A stretch of DNA of 64,000 bases, from assembly GCF_006345805.1 (NCBI RefSeq), contig NC_043012.1, positions 48,050,001 to 48,114,000 of the forward strand, in the 5' to 3' direction. Source of the stretch: Octopus sinensis. Lineage: Eukaryota. Made by a program: the position numbers and the translations under genes. Positions 1 through 12,638 of the stretch are shown in pieces. How positions within the stretch are numbered: the stretch's first letter is position 1; every line of letters starts with the position of its first letter. The notes under the pieces are model-generated. The model had not been told where the DNA came from, ran no database searches, and saw nothing but the letters and a program-made list of their open reading frames with translations.

Positions 1-536
1 TGTGCATACATATATGCATGCATCCATACATACATATTGACATACATAAATACATATACACATACATGCATATATACTAGCATACATGCTAGGACTTAAC
101 GATATATAAAAAAAAGGTGAGACAGAAAAGATTTTACTATCAGACAATGTTTTGTTCTGTGTTTGAATAATATGGACGTGAACTACAAAGTTGCCATATT
201 GATTTCAACGTTCGCATGTGTAGTCGTAAAAATAGCAGTCACGTGATAAAGTGCGATTAGTCAGCAATTTATTTTATTTCGTAATTACTGTTGATTGTTT
301 GTGGAGCCTGTGTCTCATAATCATATTTACAACAACACGTAAGACAAGAAATCATTTTATTTACCAGGCAACAACGAAATATCCATTGATTTTCTCGGAA
401 AACAAAATATCAAAACAGATAAAGGAATCAGAATTTTGCATAAACGGAAAATATTGATGGCAGAAATAATACAGTGCTAATATGCACGTAAACACCTAAT
501 TTGTGCATATATATATATATGCATATATATATATGC

Positions 537-571
<35 letters not shown>

Positions 572-622
572 TATAAATGTATGTATCTATGTATGTATTC
601 ATGTATGTATTATATGTATGTA

Positions 623-694
<72 letters not shown>

Positions 695-727
695 CCGATA
701 TATATATAAATATACATACACAGACAC

Positions 728-778
<51 letters not shown>

Positions 779-1318
779 ATATATACATACATAATTATAT
801 ACATAGGTGCTTGTGGTTGTGCACGCATGTCATACACACGCATAATAGACAAAACTAAAAGCATTACATAGATCTTTCCTCCTCCTAAATACACTATTTT
901 TCATTGTATTTACTGAGTGTTCTATAACAAATATTTGTAAATAACGATAGGAAGTCAGACGTAAATTCAATATTCATTAGTGACCTTTTAATCGTAACAT
1001 GACATCGAAAGTAGACACTGATATACCTTTCTGATGATATCATGTATGAAACCACCATTAAAGATTTATATAGTGCAGCTGTCAGTGCATTGGTATGTGT
1101 CATATAAGGAAATGGAAATGGAAACTCTGTTTAGGTTTGGGTCTAATCGCGAAGATGTCCTGATTTGCAGGTACAAAAGTAGAAAATTGCTTCGAAAGCT
1201 GCAACAAGCGCGGTCCTAGAAATTTCGGATAAGTGAATCTCATCTTTACAACAAGAAGGAAAATATGGATAAATATACTTATCATTACAGTTTTCAGAAC
1301 ATCATGTTTCTACGAAGC

Positions 1319-1593
1319 AGGCGTGAGAAGCTTGCCTCCTAACCCAATGGTTCTGGGCTCGGTTCCACTGCGTGGCATCTTGGACAGGTGTCTTCTACTG
1401 GAGCTGCAGGCCGACCAGAGATTTGTGAGTGGATTTGGTAGACGAAAACTGAAAGAAGCCTGTCGTATATATATATTTATGTGTATGTCTATGTGTGGTT
1501 ATCTTGGACAACCGGTGATGGTGTGTTTACATTCCCGTAACTTAGCGGTTCGGTAAAAGAGCTTTATACAAGTCAAACGAAACAAGTAAAAGA
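1319..1593 (+). mobile_element. tRNA-derived SINE family A, decayed, internally deleted copy
   Basis: Matches the other family A copies in the window (ccactgcgtggcatcttgg...gtgagtggatttggtagacg...cgtaacttagcggttcgg...aaacaagtaaaaga). Confidence 0.8.
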
Positions 1594-2330
1594 TAAGAAG
1601 ACTGCCCACCACCCGGGTTACGACGAATCACAAATTATTTCGCCATCGGCCTACTGGCACGCGACTGTATGTTGTACTGAAGGGGCGAAAATATATGCGG
1701 CTTGTTCTACTTTGGCGGGGGTACAGAATTAAAAATTGGTTCCTTAAAAGGGCAATATTTTTGTTCCATATCCCATACAATTCATAAGATGTAGAAATAT
1801 TCAATAGTTTTGTAGTCCACATATAGGATATTTTCCCATATCTTATGACATGTATTATATAACATTATGTAAATTGCATAAGTTTGTATGAGGTATGGAA
1901 TAAAGATAAATGATATGGGATAAAAACATTGTCCGTTAATGGAAACAACTGTAATGTCAATTTGACTTCTTTCTTCACGTAGATTATTACTTAAATAATT
2001 CACTTTGCAGGGATTATTTTAAGCCTGTTTTATCTTACTTTACAGTTATGTAGTGCTCTCATTTATATCAATCGAAGCCGTACCGATCTCTTTTACACAT
2101 ACACTTACACACACGCACACACACACATATATATATACATATGTATGTATATGTGTGTGCGTGTGTACATATGCATATATATATTTATATGTATTTATGT
2201 ATTTATATGTATATATATATCGTTCTTGGAACAAGCTGCACACAATACTATACAATAAAACTCAGCTTCGCCATGGCTAGTGTAATGAGCAGTGTTTCTT
2301 ATACACACACACACACACACATACACACAT

Positions 2331-2366
<36 letters not shown>

Positions 2367-2624
2367 GTTAGAAGAAATGAGGTAATCAGAAGATCGGATG
2401 GTTCATGTTTATAGATATTTATTTATATATTACATTTTTTACATATATATATCATATCATTCAGATCATATCATTCAGATTATTAGCGCTTTCTCCCATT
2501 CCACTGGGGTTTTCAAATCAAATATATATACATATATATGTATATATGTATGCATGTATGTATGTATATATGTTTGTATATATGTATGTATGTATATATA
2601 TATATATAATATATATATATATAC

Positions 2625-2711
<87 letters not shown>

Positions 2712-2714
<3 letters not shown>

Positions 2715-3245
2715 GCATCCTTTCTGTCTCGGGAGACAATGGAGTTGCGCATGTTTTTTTTTTTTTGTAGTCTAGTCCGGCTTTTATATTTTATTTCCTG
2801 TTACATTTCTTGCTGTGGCTGTGTAGTCCTATCCTGGACAAACACTCCCTCTGGTAGGTACTGCAAATGTAGCGAAGACTGTTCCTGGCTGGTTGTAGTG
2901 CCATGGTCTCTTGTTTATGTCTCTTCCTTTGTTTCCATTTCTCCTCTCTCTCTCTCTGTCACTTCTCTGTATACCCTCTTTTACTGTACGTCGCCATTCT
3001 CCACGGTTGCCGGCGACTGCCTCCCAACCGCTAATGTTGATGTTGCAGGCCTTCATATCCCTTTTGCAAACATCCTTGTAACGTAAGATCGGTCTACCCA
3101 CAGACCTAGTACCCCTAGCAAGCTCTCCGTAGAGTATGTCCTTGGGGATTCTGCCATCTTTCATACGGCTAACATGCCCAAGCCATCTCATACGTCTTTG
3201 TGTGAGGAGTGCAAACATGCTTGGTAATCCTGCTTGCCTGAGGAC
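2712..3245 (-). mobile_element. RTE-clade LINE, 5'-truncated 3' fragment (ORF2 C-terminus and 3' end)
   Basis: ORF 2829-3257(-) reads DVLRQAGLPSMFALLTQRRMRWLGHVSRMKDGRIPKDILYGELARGTRSVGRPILRYKDVCKRDMK, the typical RTE/BovB post-RT region; 3' end runs into (TA)n. Confidence 0.9.
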
Positions 3246-3286
3246 GTCCTCAGGCAAGCAGGATTACCAAGCATGTTTGCACTCCT

Positions 3287-3292
<6 letters not shown>
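3199..3292. repeat. Perfect spacerless palindrome (47-bp arms) at the RTE 5' truncation point
   Basis: tgtgtgaggagtgcaaacatgcttggtaatcctgcttgcctgaggac|gtcctcaggcaagcaggattaccaagcatgtttgcactcctcacaca; centre 3245/3246. Confidence 0.95.
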
Positions 3293-3363
<71 letters not shown>

Positions 3364-3645
3364 ATATATTATGTTTGTATATATTTCTATATTTTTTTGT
3401 TTACTTTCTCTTAGCCATAAAAAGTTTTGATGTTTAGCATATGAGAATGAAAAAGATCGTCAGCATACTTATGTTATATATATGAGTATATACATTATCG
3501 ACTGAATTTGCATTGTGTTATACATTCCCCTGAAATCTCGTAAGATATACCGGTGCGTGCGATTCGCGATGGTCTTGTAAGGAGCCTATTATAATGATCA
3601 GTTTATCTATTCTCCAATTTCGTTATCTCCACACACTTCACTTAC

Positions 3646-3689
3646 CTAAGTATAGTTTTTGCTGCTTCGTTCCTGTCTGATGAGCTCAT
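3646..3689 (-). CDS. Candidate first coding exon (MSSSDRNEAAKTIL+AG) of an unidentified gene
   Basis: ATG at 3689 in an A-rich context, 14 codons + 2 nt, then consensus donor AG|GTAAGT (3645-3640); promoter-like motifs just upstream. No homology recognised; upstream ATGs exist. Confidence 0.3.
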
Positions 3690-3764
3690 ATTTTGAATAA
3701 TGTAGGAAATGGAATATCATGAACCTTATACGATAGGCAATGACATTACTGTCGCAACAGGAGA

Positions 3765-3815
3765 GGAACTGCGTCAAGCGAAACCGGAAACTGTGTCACA
3801 ATCGCGCCATTGTCA
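3765..3815. promoter_or_regulatory. Candidate promoter motif cluster
   Basis: CpG-containing patch with TGCGTCA (CRE/ATF-like, 3770-3776), ACCGGAAAC (ETS-like, 3783-3791) and CGCCAT (YY1-like, 3805-3810) within 45 bp. Confidence 0.3.
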
Positions 3816-4688
3816 TTGTACTTCGTAAAATCGATTTATTGAATTGCTACAAAGAGTCACAGTTGTATATATTGAATTATTGGAGTTTAGTTGAGATTTT
3901 TTCTAACCCTGCTTGAAGCATTTTGATCCACTCTTAAAATATTGGACATTGAATGAACCTTAACACGAAATCTTATATCCTTTGTACAATACAGTAAAAT
4001 GCTTACTAGTTAATCGGTGCATCCTATATCGCATACAACGAATACTAGTAAAAGATAAATTCTATTTCTTCATCAATATTTAGTCTTGAAAATACTTATT
4101 CATTATCGAGAACATCAGGGATATAATACACTTATTTTCAACAATATGGACATCAGTGACAGAAAAATCACTGAATTTCCCTATATTGGGGTGTGAAATA
4201 ATCAGATCCGCGATCACCGGACACCTGCCACTGAAGAATTCCAAACGACTTAAATTACATAATCTGGCAGTTCTGGCAACCATGATAGATGATTCCCGTC
4301 GGCTATGATCTAATCTATGTGTGTGCCTTTATGTATCATCCGTCTCTATAACAGGACCTCTGAATTCAAATAGCGCAGGATTCAGCATTCTAACAAGACA
4401 TACTAGGTATATGCCTTTTGGCATCAATACTGTTTTTCGCCAATAATTATTTTTATTAAGCCTGACGGCTTAATAAAATTGTATGTGTGTGTGTATGTGT
4501 GTGTGTGGTATGTGGTTGCTGGATGCCTTCAACTAGAATCAGTCGCCTGGGATCGCGACACGGGGTTTGGCAGTTTTGCTGCCCACAAAAGGTTCTCGCC
4601 TCATATGATATAGGTCTATACTTTTATGCACCATGCGTCTACATGACAGAACATAACAAAACTGCAGTATTCGGCGATTTAAAAAAGG

Positions 4689-4689
<1 letters not shown>

Positions 4690-4757
<68 letters not shown>

Positions 4758-4775
4758 GCTACTACTACTACTACT
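4690..4775. repeat. (TAC)n microsatellite
   Basis: Near-perfect trinucleotide run. Confidence 0.95.
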
Positions 4776-4989
4776 ATTTGCTGTTGTTTTTGTTGTTCCT
4801 TCGTAACACAGTGTAGGTAAAAATGCACCGAAGTATTTAGTCATCTGTTGCGTTAAAATACACAATAGAGGGTTATTTCCCACGAGAGAAACTCTAATAT
4901 GTTTTTCTGGTTCGTAAAGCACTTCATTGTTTACGTCGCTAGTGGCAGACGATCAACACCACATCTGCTGCCAGGACTACCAGATGATG

Positions 4990-5950
4990 CAATCTCAATA
5001 TTGACCTTATCAAAGGCCTTTGCAAAGTCAACATATCACACACACGTTTCAGCGATTCATTAGTTGTTTAAGTACCGATTAATGCTGCAAAACTGTGTAA
5101 TGCAGCTTCTTCTTGAACAGAACCATGCTGGGCAAGTTATTATCTTCAAGGAACTCGAACAGTTTCCTCCTGGTAAAGAGTTCTATAACTTTGCTGATAT
5201 GGGAGGGGAGAGAGACAGGTCTATAATTGTTAGCATTCGCTCTGCTACCTCTCTTATGAATATGACATATTATGACTTCTTTCAACTTTCTGGGAACTCA
5301 CCCTATTGTGAAGAAGCTCAGGAAGAGGATCTGCAGTGGACTTGCTTGTGACGCTTTGTATTCCTTAGGGATGATTGCTGGATATCCATCAGGGCCTGTG
5401 TCTGAGTTCGAGCTCATTTCATCAATGGCTGATCTTACATCTGTTTCCTCTTTCTCTATGTTATCAATAATTGCCATTTGTTTGTGTAGAGATGTAGTGC
5501 CGAACGATTCACCAGGCATAGCTATTTGCAAGTTGTGAAAGCATTCTTGTATTGTACATTCAGTATTTCACTGATCTTCTGGAGTCTGCGGTCGCTGAGC
5601 CATTTTCTTCGAATAGTGTCTTTATCATGTACCGTACTGGAGCAGACTCTTGCAAATCTATTGAACGTTTTACAGTTTTTCTTTATATTTTTTACAGCCC
5701 TCTCTTCTTTCTCTGCCCTTTGCTTTTCATGGGAGTGTTTGTGCTTATATTCGATCTCGACCAAGGTTTATTTCAGACAGGATCTCTTCAAGGCCCGGTT
5801 TGAAATTTTTGCTCGTCGTCTCATTAGAATCCTCATATCACTGGGAATTGTATTTTTATGTTGACTCGGCATTGTCTCTGGAGCAAATTTATTGCATATA
5901 CAATGCATGATAGTCATTCAGTGCTGTAGCTTTATGCTAAAATCTTCCTG
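4990..5950 (-). mobile_element. CR1/L2-like LINE fragment (linker plus start of RT), frameshifted
   Basis: Minus-strand peptides IPSDMRILMRRRAKI, EMSSNSDTGPDGYP, IICHIHKRGSRANANNYRPVSLPSHISKVIE and VDFAKAFDKV are CR1-type ORF2/RT motifs. Confidence 0.85.
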
Positions 5951-6080
5951 CATATGCTACATGTTCCCGAGACTAAATATAAGTAAAAAAAATCCAATAC
6001 AAATTCTATAAGGCTACGAAATTCTCATATATGCATACATACACACATAGATAGATGTACATGGGTACGTATGCATGCAT

Positions 6081-6122
<42 letters not shown>

Positions 6123-6663
6123 TATATATATATATATTATATATATATATATATTATATATATATATATGCACACATCTTAGCTACATACATCTATATGT
6201 ACGTACGAACTTACATATGTATATACATGCATACATACGAACCTATTTGTTTGCTTAGGAAATCTGAATTTGTTCTCAAGACGATAAAAACAGCGATCTG
6301 CCACATAGCTTCTATGCGGAGAACCAGAAAGTATAGGACAAGAATTTAAACTGAAAGCATAAGGTCTTTGATCTTGTTACGACATGTTCAAAGTATGTAG
6401 AGGAGAATGTGTCTGTGTTATGTATTCCTCCTTGTTTGTACACTTGGTAAAAATGGGTAAGCTAGAAATTTATCTAGCTGAATCTCTATTAATGACAACC
6501 TGGATTGCTGCAGATACGTAGGAATAAATGACATATACTATGATAGGACGTTTAATAAAAAAAGTGCACCCTGGGAATATAACATTAAAACGTAGTGGTT
6601 TCGTAATACGGTTTCTGTGACAATGCACATGCCATTTGCTTATACCATTTGAATTGTTGATTT

Positions 6664-6956
6664 TTGTTGTTTGTTCCTTCTCTAGCCATGCCTGGCTCAT
6701 AAGGGCCGGTTTCCCAGTTTCTTGGCGTATAGGTTCCCCACCTGAACGGGACGCCGGTCCATCGCAGGTGAGATGCAAGGTGCAGGAGGAAAGAGTGAGA
6801 GAAAGTTGTGGCGAAAGAGTCAGCAGAAGTTTCGCCATTACCTTCTGCCGGAGCCGCGTGGAGCTTAGGTGTTTCGCTCATAAACACACGCATCGCCCGA
6901 TCTGAGATTCCCTCGACCGCGTGTCCGCTGCTCTAATCACTAGTCCATGTGCCTCC
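6664..6956 (-). mobile_element. tRNA-derived SINE family D (V-SINE-like 3' region)
   Basis: Minus strand begins ggaggcacatggactagtgattagagcagcggac (A-box-like), contains gcgatggaccggcgtcccgttcagg and ends in an (aac)n tail. Confidence 0.7.
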
Positions 6957-8984
6957 ACATATACCATTTGAGTCGCAGCGAAACACTAAATGGGGTCTGA
7001 ACTTTAATGTTAAAATTTGATAAAAATAAAGACCAGCATCAGCAGTAGCCACTATATTTGAATTATAACATGGATCAGCTTTGCTAACATTACAAATTTT
7101 GAAAACCTGCGTATTTAGATAAGTGGGACTATTGCGCAGTAAGGGTGCTTGACATAAAGGACTGACAAACGCCCATCAAAAGCCTTCAAAATAACTGTAA
7201 TCCACAAAACTGAAATAGTTTTAGAAAAACGACAGGTACATTAATTCACAACTTGCATTTACAATCTAGGAAAGAGAAATATCAAATAATGCGCAAAATC
7301 TATAAAGATACAGCTAAGTTCTTCAAGTTGATAGCCGACACAGGCTGTGAAATGGTTAACGCGGCTGTTACCCACAACGTATGTAGGTGTCTGAAAATGT
7401 CATTCTGATACTAACTGCCTATTGGGTACGTTGAGCTATACCGAAATGTCTACAGTAAAACTCCATTAATCCTTTATCCCATAATCCGGCAAATTTTAGT
7501 TGCAAGAATTATGACATTGCGAATTGTGTGACAGTAAAGCATATATCTATAACATCGCATCAGCAGCTTGAAATAAAACGGCTCGAATACATTATATTCA
7601 CGATATTGTGCATATCACAGATTCATCAGCACTTTATAACATTTTGAAACAAGCAACAGTTAATAAAATTTATGGCAGATTCAGAGAAAATTAAAAGTTT
7701 ATATCTGCAGCAAACATTGAAAATCAATGTCTTCATAGCTAAATGCAGTGATACGCTGTTTATAAGGTAATATGAAAGTATATTTATTGAAAAGTCACAG
7801 ATCGAATATAAAGCAGTTTCAGGATGTCTTGTATTTCGTGGAGTATTGTACGATTTACAAACTTCAAAATACGTGTTTTTCATAAACGTAATGCATTCGG
7901 CGACAAGAAGTCTTTACATATTGAGACTGCACAAGAATTTAGTTATATATGTGATGTCTTTTACAAAACTATGATTTGATTCTAAGATAAAAGTATTGTA
8001 TCTTGAAGATTGAGGATATTCCAGAAAATAATGATGTAAGGATTTATACTAATATCCAATCTTAATAAGGTATATCACGAAAGAATACTGACGGCCATTG
8101 ATGCTTAAACGTCAGTACAATGCAAGCAAAAAAAGGCCTGGTACAGACAAGGAAAGTGCACAGAGAGCAGAAATCAGTTGTCCACCAGAAGTTAATTTAC
8201 AGGAGAAGGAGAAAGACAAACTTTAACTGGAACTAAAGGGTTAGAAACCGGATCTTTTTTATTGGTGTGGAATTTAAAAATGACAGTAGAAAATACAAGC
8301 ATTCAATTATATACATACATAGATACATAGATACATAGATACATACATATATACATACATGGGCGCACGCACGGACATATGCACGTACACACGCACACAT
8401 AGGCTGACGGTGTTTTTCTTTTCCCGCTGATCAATCGCATATTTGAAAAACACTTAAGAGGAACAGAAAGGATTGTGTTGGATCAAGCTACTACAGAGAG
8501 AATCAAATGCAGTACTGCAATTGTTCAAGATGTTCCTGGCTCTTCTAGAACAATTACCATCCAATGCAACCGCATGATTTTGGCATATTTTACTTTTTTC
8601 TTTATTTTTGTCATATTTTCCACTTTTTTATGTCTTTTTTTTCTACTATTAAAAAATAAAATGAAAGAATTTCACAATTAATAGTCATATTATATGAAGT
8701 GCAGAAGGCGTCATCATAAGATAGAGAGACAGACATTTTGTGAAGATGGCAACCTTATGATAATTAAGAAGGCTGGGTTGTGGTGAGTAGAAAAATAGAA
8801 CAAATTGATAATCGATAAATGCTTTGGCAAATGAGCGGTATTGCATTAGTGATTGAACAGCTGTCACAAGAATGCAATTCTAACTGCAGCAAAAATGGCG
8901 GGGGGGGGGGAGAGAAAAACAAAATGGGAAAAAAATCCCTGTAAAGTAGATTAACAGTATAGAAAAAAATATAGACAAAATGCT

Positions 8985-9101
8985 GCTGTTGCTCATGATG
9001 TTGGTGCAGATGATGAGGATGATAATGATGATGATGACGATGATGACAACGAGGATGATGATGACGATGATGGTGACGATGATGATGATGGTGGTGAAGA
9101 C

Positions 9102-9138
<37 letters not shown>

Positions 9139-9286
9139 ATGATGATTATGATGCTGCTGATGATGATGATGATGAAGATGATAATGACGATGATGATGGC
9201 GATGAAAACGACGACGACGATGATGATGATGATGACGACAACGACGACGACGATGATGATGATGATGATGAAGAGGATGAAGAGGA

Positions 9287-9320
<34 letters not shown>

Positions 9321-9625
9321 CGAAGATGATGCTAATAACAATGATGATGATTATGACGATGACGGTGACGATGATGATGATGGCGACGATGGTGAAGATG
9401 ATGATAATCATCATCAACACGATGATGATACTGGAGATAACGATCTTGAAAACAACGAGAACGCCGAAGACAATGATTACTTTAATTATGAAGATGATGA
9501 TGATGATGAAGATAATATCTGCAACCACACACAGAAGGATTGAGACAATAACAAGTATGGCGATGATGCATAACATCATAACGATGGTGATAAGGGCGAT
9601 GGTGATGATGATAATGAAGAATTTT
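8985..9625. repeat. Long cryptic (GAT/GAC)n trinucleotide region
   Basis: About 640 bp of degenerate GAT repeats, producing poly-M/D/H/I pseudo-ORFs on both strands. Confidence 0.9.
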
Positions 9626-9894
9626 TTTCGGTTATTATTGGTTTTATAATTACTATTAGGCTTAATATTGTTATTATTACTACAACTTTGTTATTATTAT
9701 CCTAAAATGTAAGAAGAAAAACAATACGGAAAAAATTTTATGTGAAGCATAAAAAAATCAGATGGCTGAAACAGGAGGAAACAAAGAAAAGGGGAAGAAG
9801 AGCGAACACAAAAAAAAATATTGCAGAAGCGGAGATGGAAAGGAACAATATATATGTATATATGGATATATAAATACACACACAGATACACACA

Positions 9895-9956
<62 letters not shown>

Positions 9957-10028
9957 TATATATATATATATACACATAGGTATACATAAATACACACATA
10001 CACACACACACACATATATATATATATG

Positions 10029-10071
<43 letters not shown>

Positions 10072-10518
10072 GAGAAAGAGAGGAGGGGCAGAAATAGAGA
10101 AAGGGTGAGAGACACCCGCAGAAACACACGCAAACACACACAGGCAACACACACGCATGCAGAAAGAGGGTGAAAGATAAATAGAACAGAGGGAGGGGTT
10201 AGAAAATTAGAGACAGAAAGGCAAGTCGAGAGATACTCAGATAGATAGAGAGTGAAATATATGTAGACGCTGCTGTACTTTTAAGAAACATACGAAGGTT
10301 GAAAATTGTATTTGTCCATTCATTTTCATTAAATCACAAAGATGGAAGCTCAATTCTATATAACAGCAAAGACGTTCGGAGCCATATATACATTCCTACA
10401 AATATACGCATAGGTATATATGCAGACATATACATGTGTATATATATATAATATATATATACATATACATACATACATAGTACATACACACATAAAAAAT
10501 ACATACATACATACATAC

Positions 10519-10589
<71 letters not shown>

Positions 10590-10592
10590 GGT

Positions 10593-10637
<45 letters not shown>

Positions 10638-11618
10638 GCACAAAATCACAAGCATGGCTTTATATAATATGTAGACTTCCTGAATAAGAAAATAAAAATT
10701 CTTCCAAGCAATATGTTAAAATAACTGTCATATGTTGCATATATATAGGCCTAAAATTTCTTTAATATATAGGACGCGGAAGAATTTTCTATTTATTTCT
10801 TTTTTCCAATTTAGTTAGCCGAAATATATTGAACCATTATGTAGCATCAAGCCTAGCACAATTTACATCCTGGAAGATTCTTTCTGGAAAATGCGTTTCT
10901 CAAGTGATACATACGTAGGTACATGCGCACATTCAGACACAAATATATATGTATATACATGGGTGTATATATATATACATTTTCACATCCATAACTCTCT
11001 GTGTCTCTCAGTCTGAGTCTTTCATTCTCACTCCTTTTCCCTTTCTCTGTACATATTAATACACACACACAAGTATAGATAAATATACGTAGTTGTACGT
11101 ACAACATACAGACATACATACACACACATATATGTGTATCTGTGTGCGCGTGCATATGTGCCCGCGTGCGTATGCGTATGTGTGTGTTTGTGAGGGAGAG
11201 AGAGTGTGTGTCTGTGGGTGCATATTCAGTTGTATAACTGTAATACATCTTTCCTATATATATATTTAGATAAATTTAAATATCTATGTACACATGTGTT
11301 TGTCTGTGTATGTTTGTCTACAGTATGAATATTGGTAAAGAGAGGCAGAGATTTGGATAGAGACAGACAGACAGAGACAGAGAAAGAGAGACAGTGATTT
11401 AGAGAGAGACAGAGAAAGAGAGATAGGGATTTAGAGAGCGCGGGAGAGAGAGAGAAAGAGAGAGTGAATGAGAGAAAGAGAAGCAATAGACATGCGTTGT
11501 TCATGCTGCTGAGCTATAATCGATAAAACACTTTACATAATTTATAAGATATATATATACATACATATATGTACATATATATTCATACATATACACATAT
11601 ATACATACATACACACAC

Positions 11619-11656
<38 letters not shown>

Positions 11657-11711
11657 TGTATAAGTATATTTATATATAATCTATAATACCTATGCATACA
11701 TGCATGTATCA

Positions 11712-11853
<142 letters not shown>

Positions 11854-12174
11854 CATATATATATGCATATATATATGTAGATATAATCATCAATATATAT
11901 ACGCATGTATATATCATTATATATGTTTACTTATCTATCCATCTGTCTATCTATACACACACGTACATATATTTGTGTACGTATTCGCGTATTTGTGTGG
12001 ACTTCCCTAACATATAAATGTGTGTGTGCGTGTGTGTGTGTGTGTTTGTGTGTGTCTGTGTGTGTAACTAAAGTTTGACGCCCGTGCTTGTAAATGCAGT
12101 ACTCGTAATCTATTACAAAACTCATAGGAAATCATTATTTAATCGGTCGAATTAGAAGCAGAATAACGTAACAG

Positions 12175-12330
12175 ATGGATCAGTATTTTGAATATTCCGA
12201 TAATGAAATAAGCAAAAGAATGAAAACTGTAAATTGTGTCAAAAACACTGCTGAAAACAACAAATGGACATTCAGAAATTTGATTTGCAGTGTAATAGAA
12301 ATCCAAGCGCATTGCTGCCAAAAATCCTAA
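12175..12330 (+). mobile_element. Possible Crypton/DUF3504-like N-terminal remnant
   Basis: MDQYFEYSDNEISKRMKTVNCVKNTAENNKWTFRNL resembles the E-I-x(n)-KNT-x3-(T/N)KWA motif of Crypton-type recombinases; ends at a premature stop. Confidence 0.3.
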
Positions 12331-12548
12331 ACCAGCTGCTGTACGCAAACGTCTCTGCAAGCAAAATGTTATTTGCATGTGTCTAGGAATACATATCCAC
12401 GCACTAATACATATATACATATGTACACATTTATACAATCTCGTATGACAGAAGTACCTGCTCGTATTTGATCGCGTGAGCGTAAGCTGTACATCGTACA
12501 TGCTTACATACATATATACATACATACATACATACATACATACATACA

Positions 12549-12582
<34 letters not shown>

Positions 12583-12592
12583 CATACATATA

Positions 12593-12638
<46 letters not shown>

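Noticed and set aside
477-858. Numerous ORFs rich in YI/CV/HT dipeptides here and throughout the window
   Set aside because: Translations of (TA)n, (TG)n, (CA)n and (TATG)n microsatellites, which lack stop codons; no coding signal.
1032-1052. Other CTGANGA occurrences (1032, 3678, 14789, 43368 and others) as hammerhead cores
   Set aside because: No pairable stem II followed by GAAA at the right spacing.
4487-4922. Poly-Tyr and poly-Ser ORFs
   Set aside because: (TAC)n microsatellite.
8764-9649. Long poly-His/Ile/Met/Asp ORFs, including an acidic biomineralisation-like peptide
   Set aside because: All frames derive from one degenerate (GAT)n tract open on both strands; no convincing splice sites or start context.
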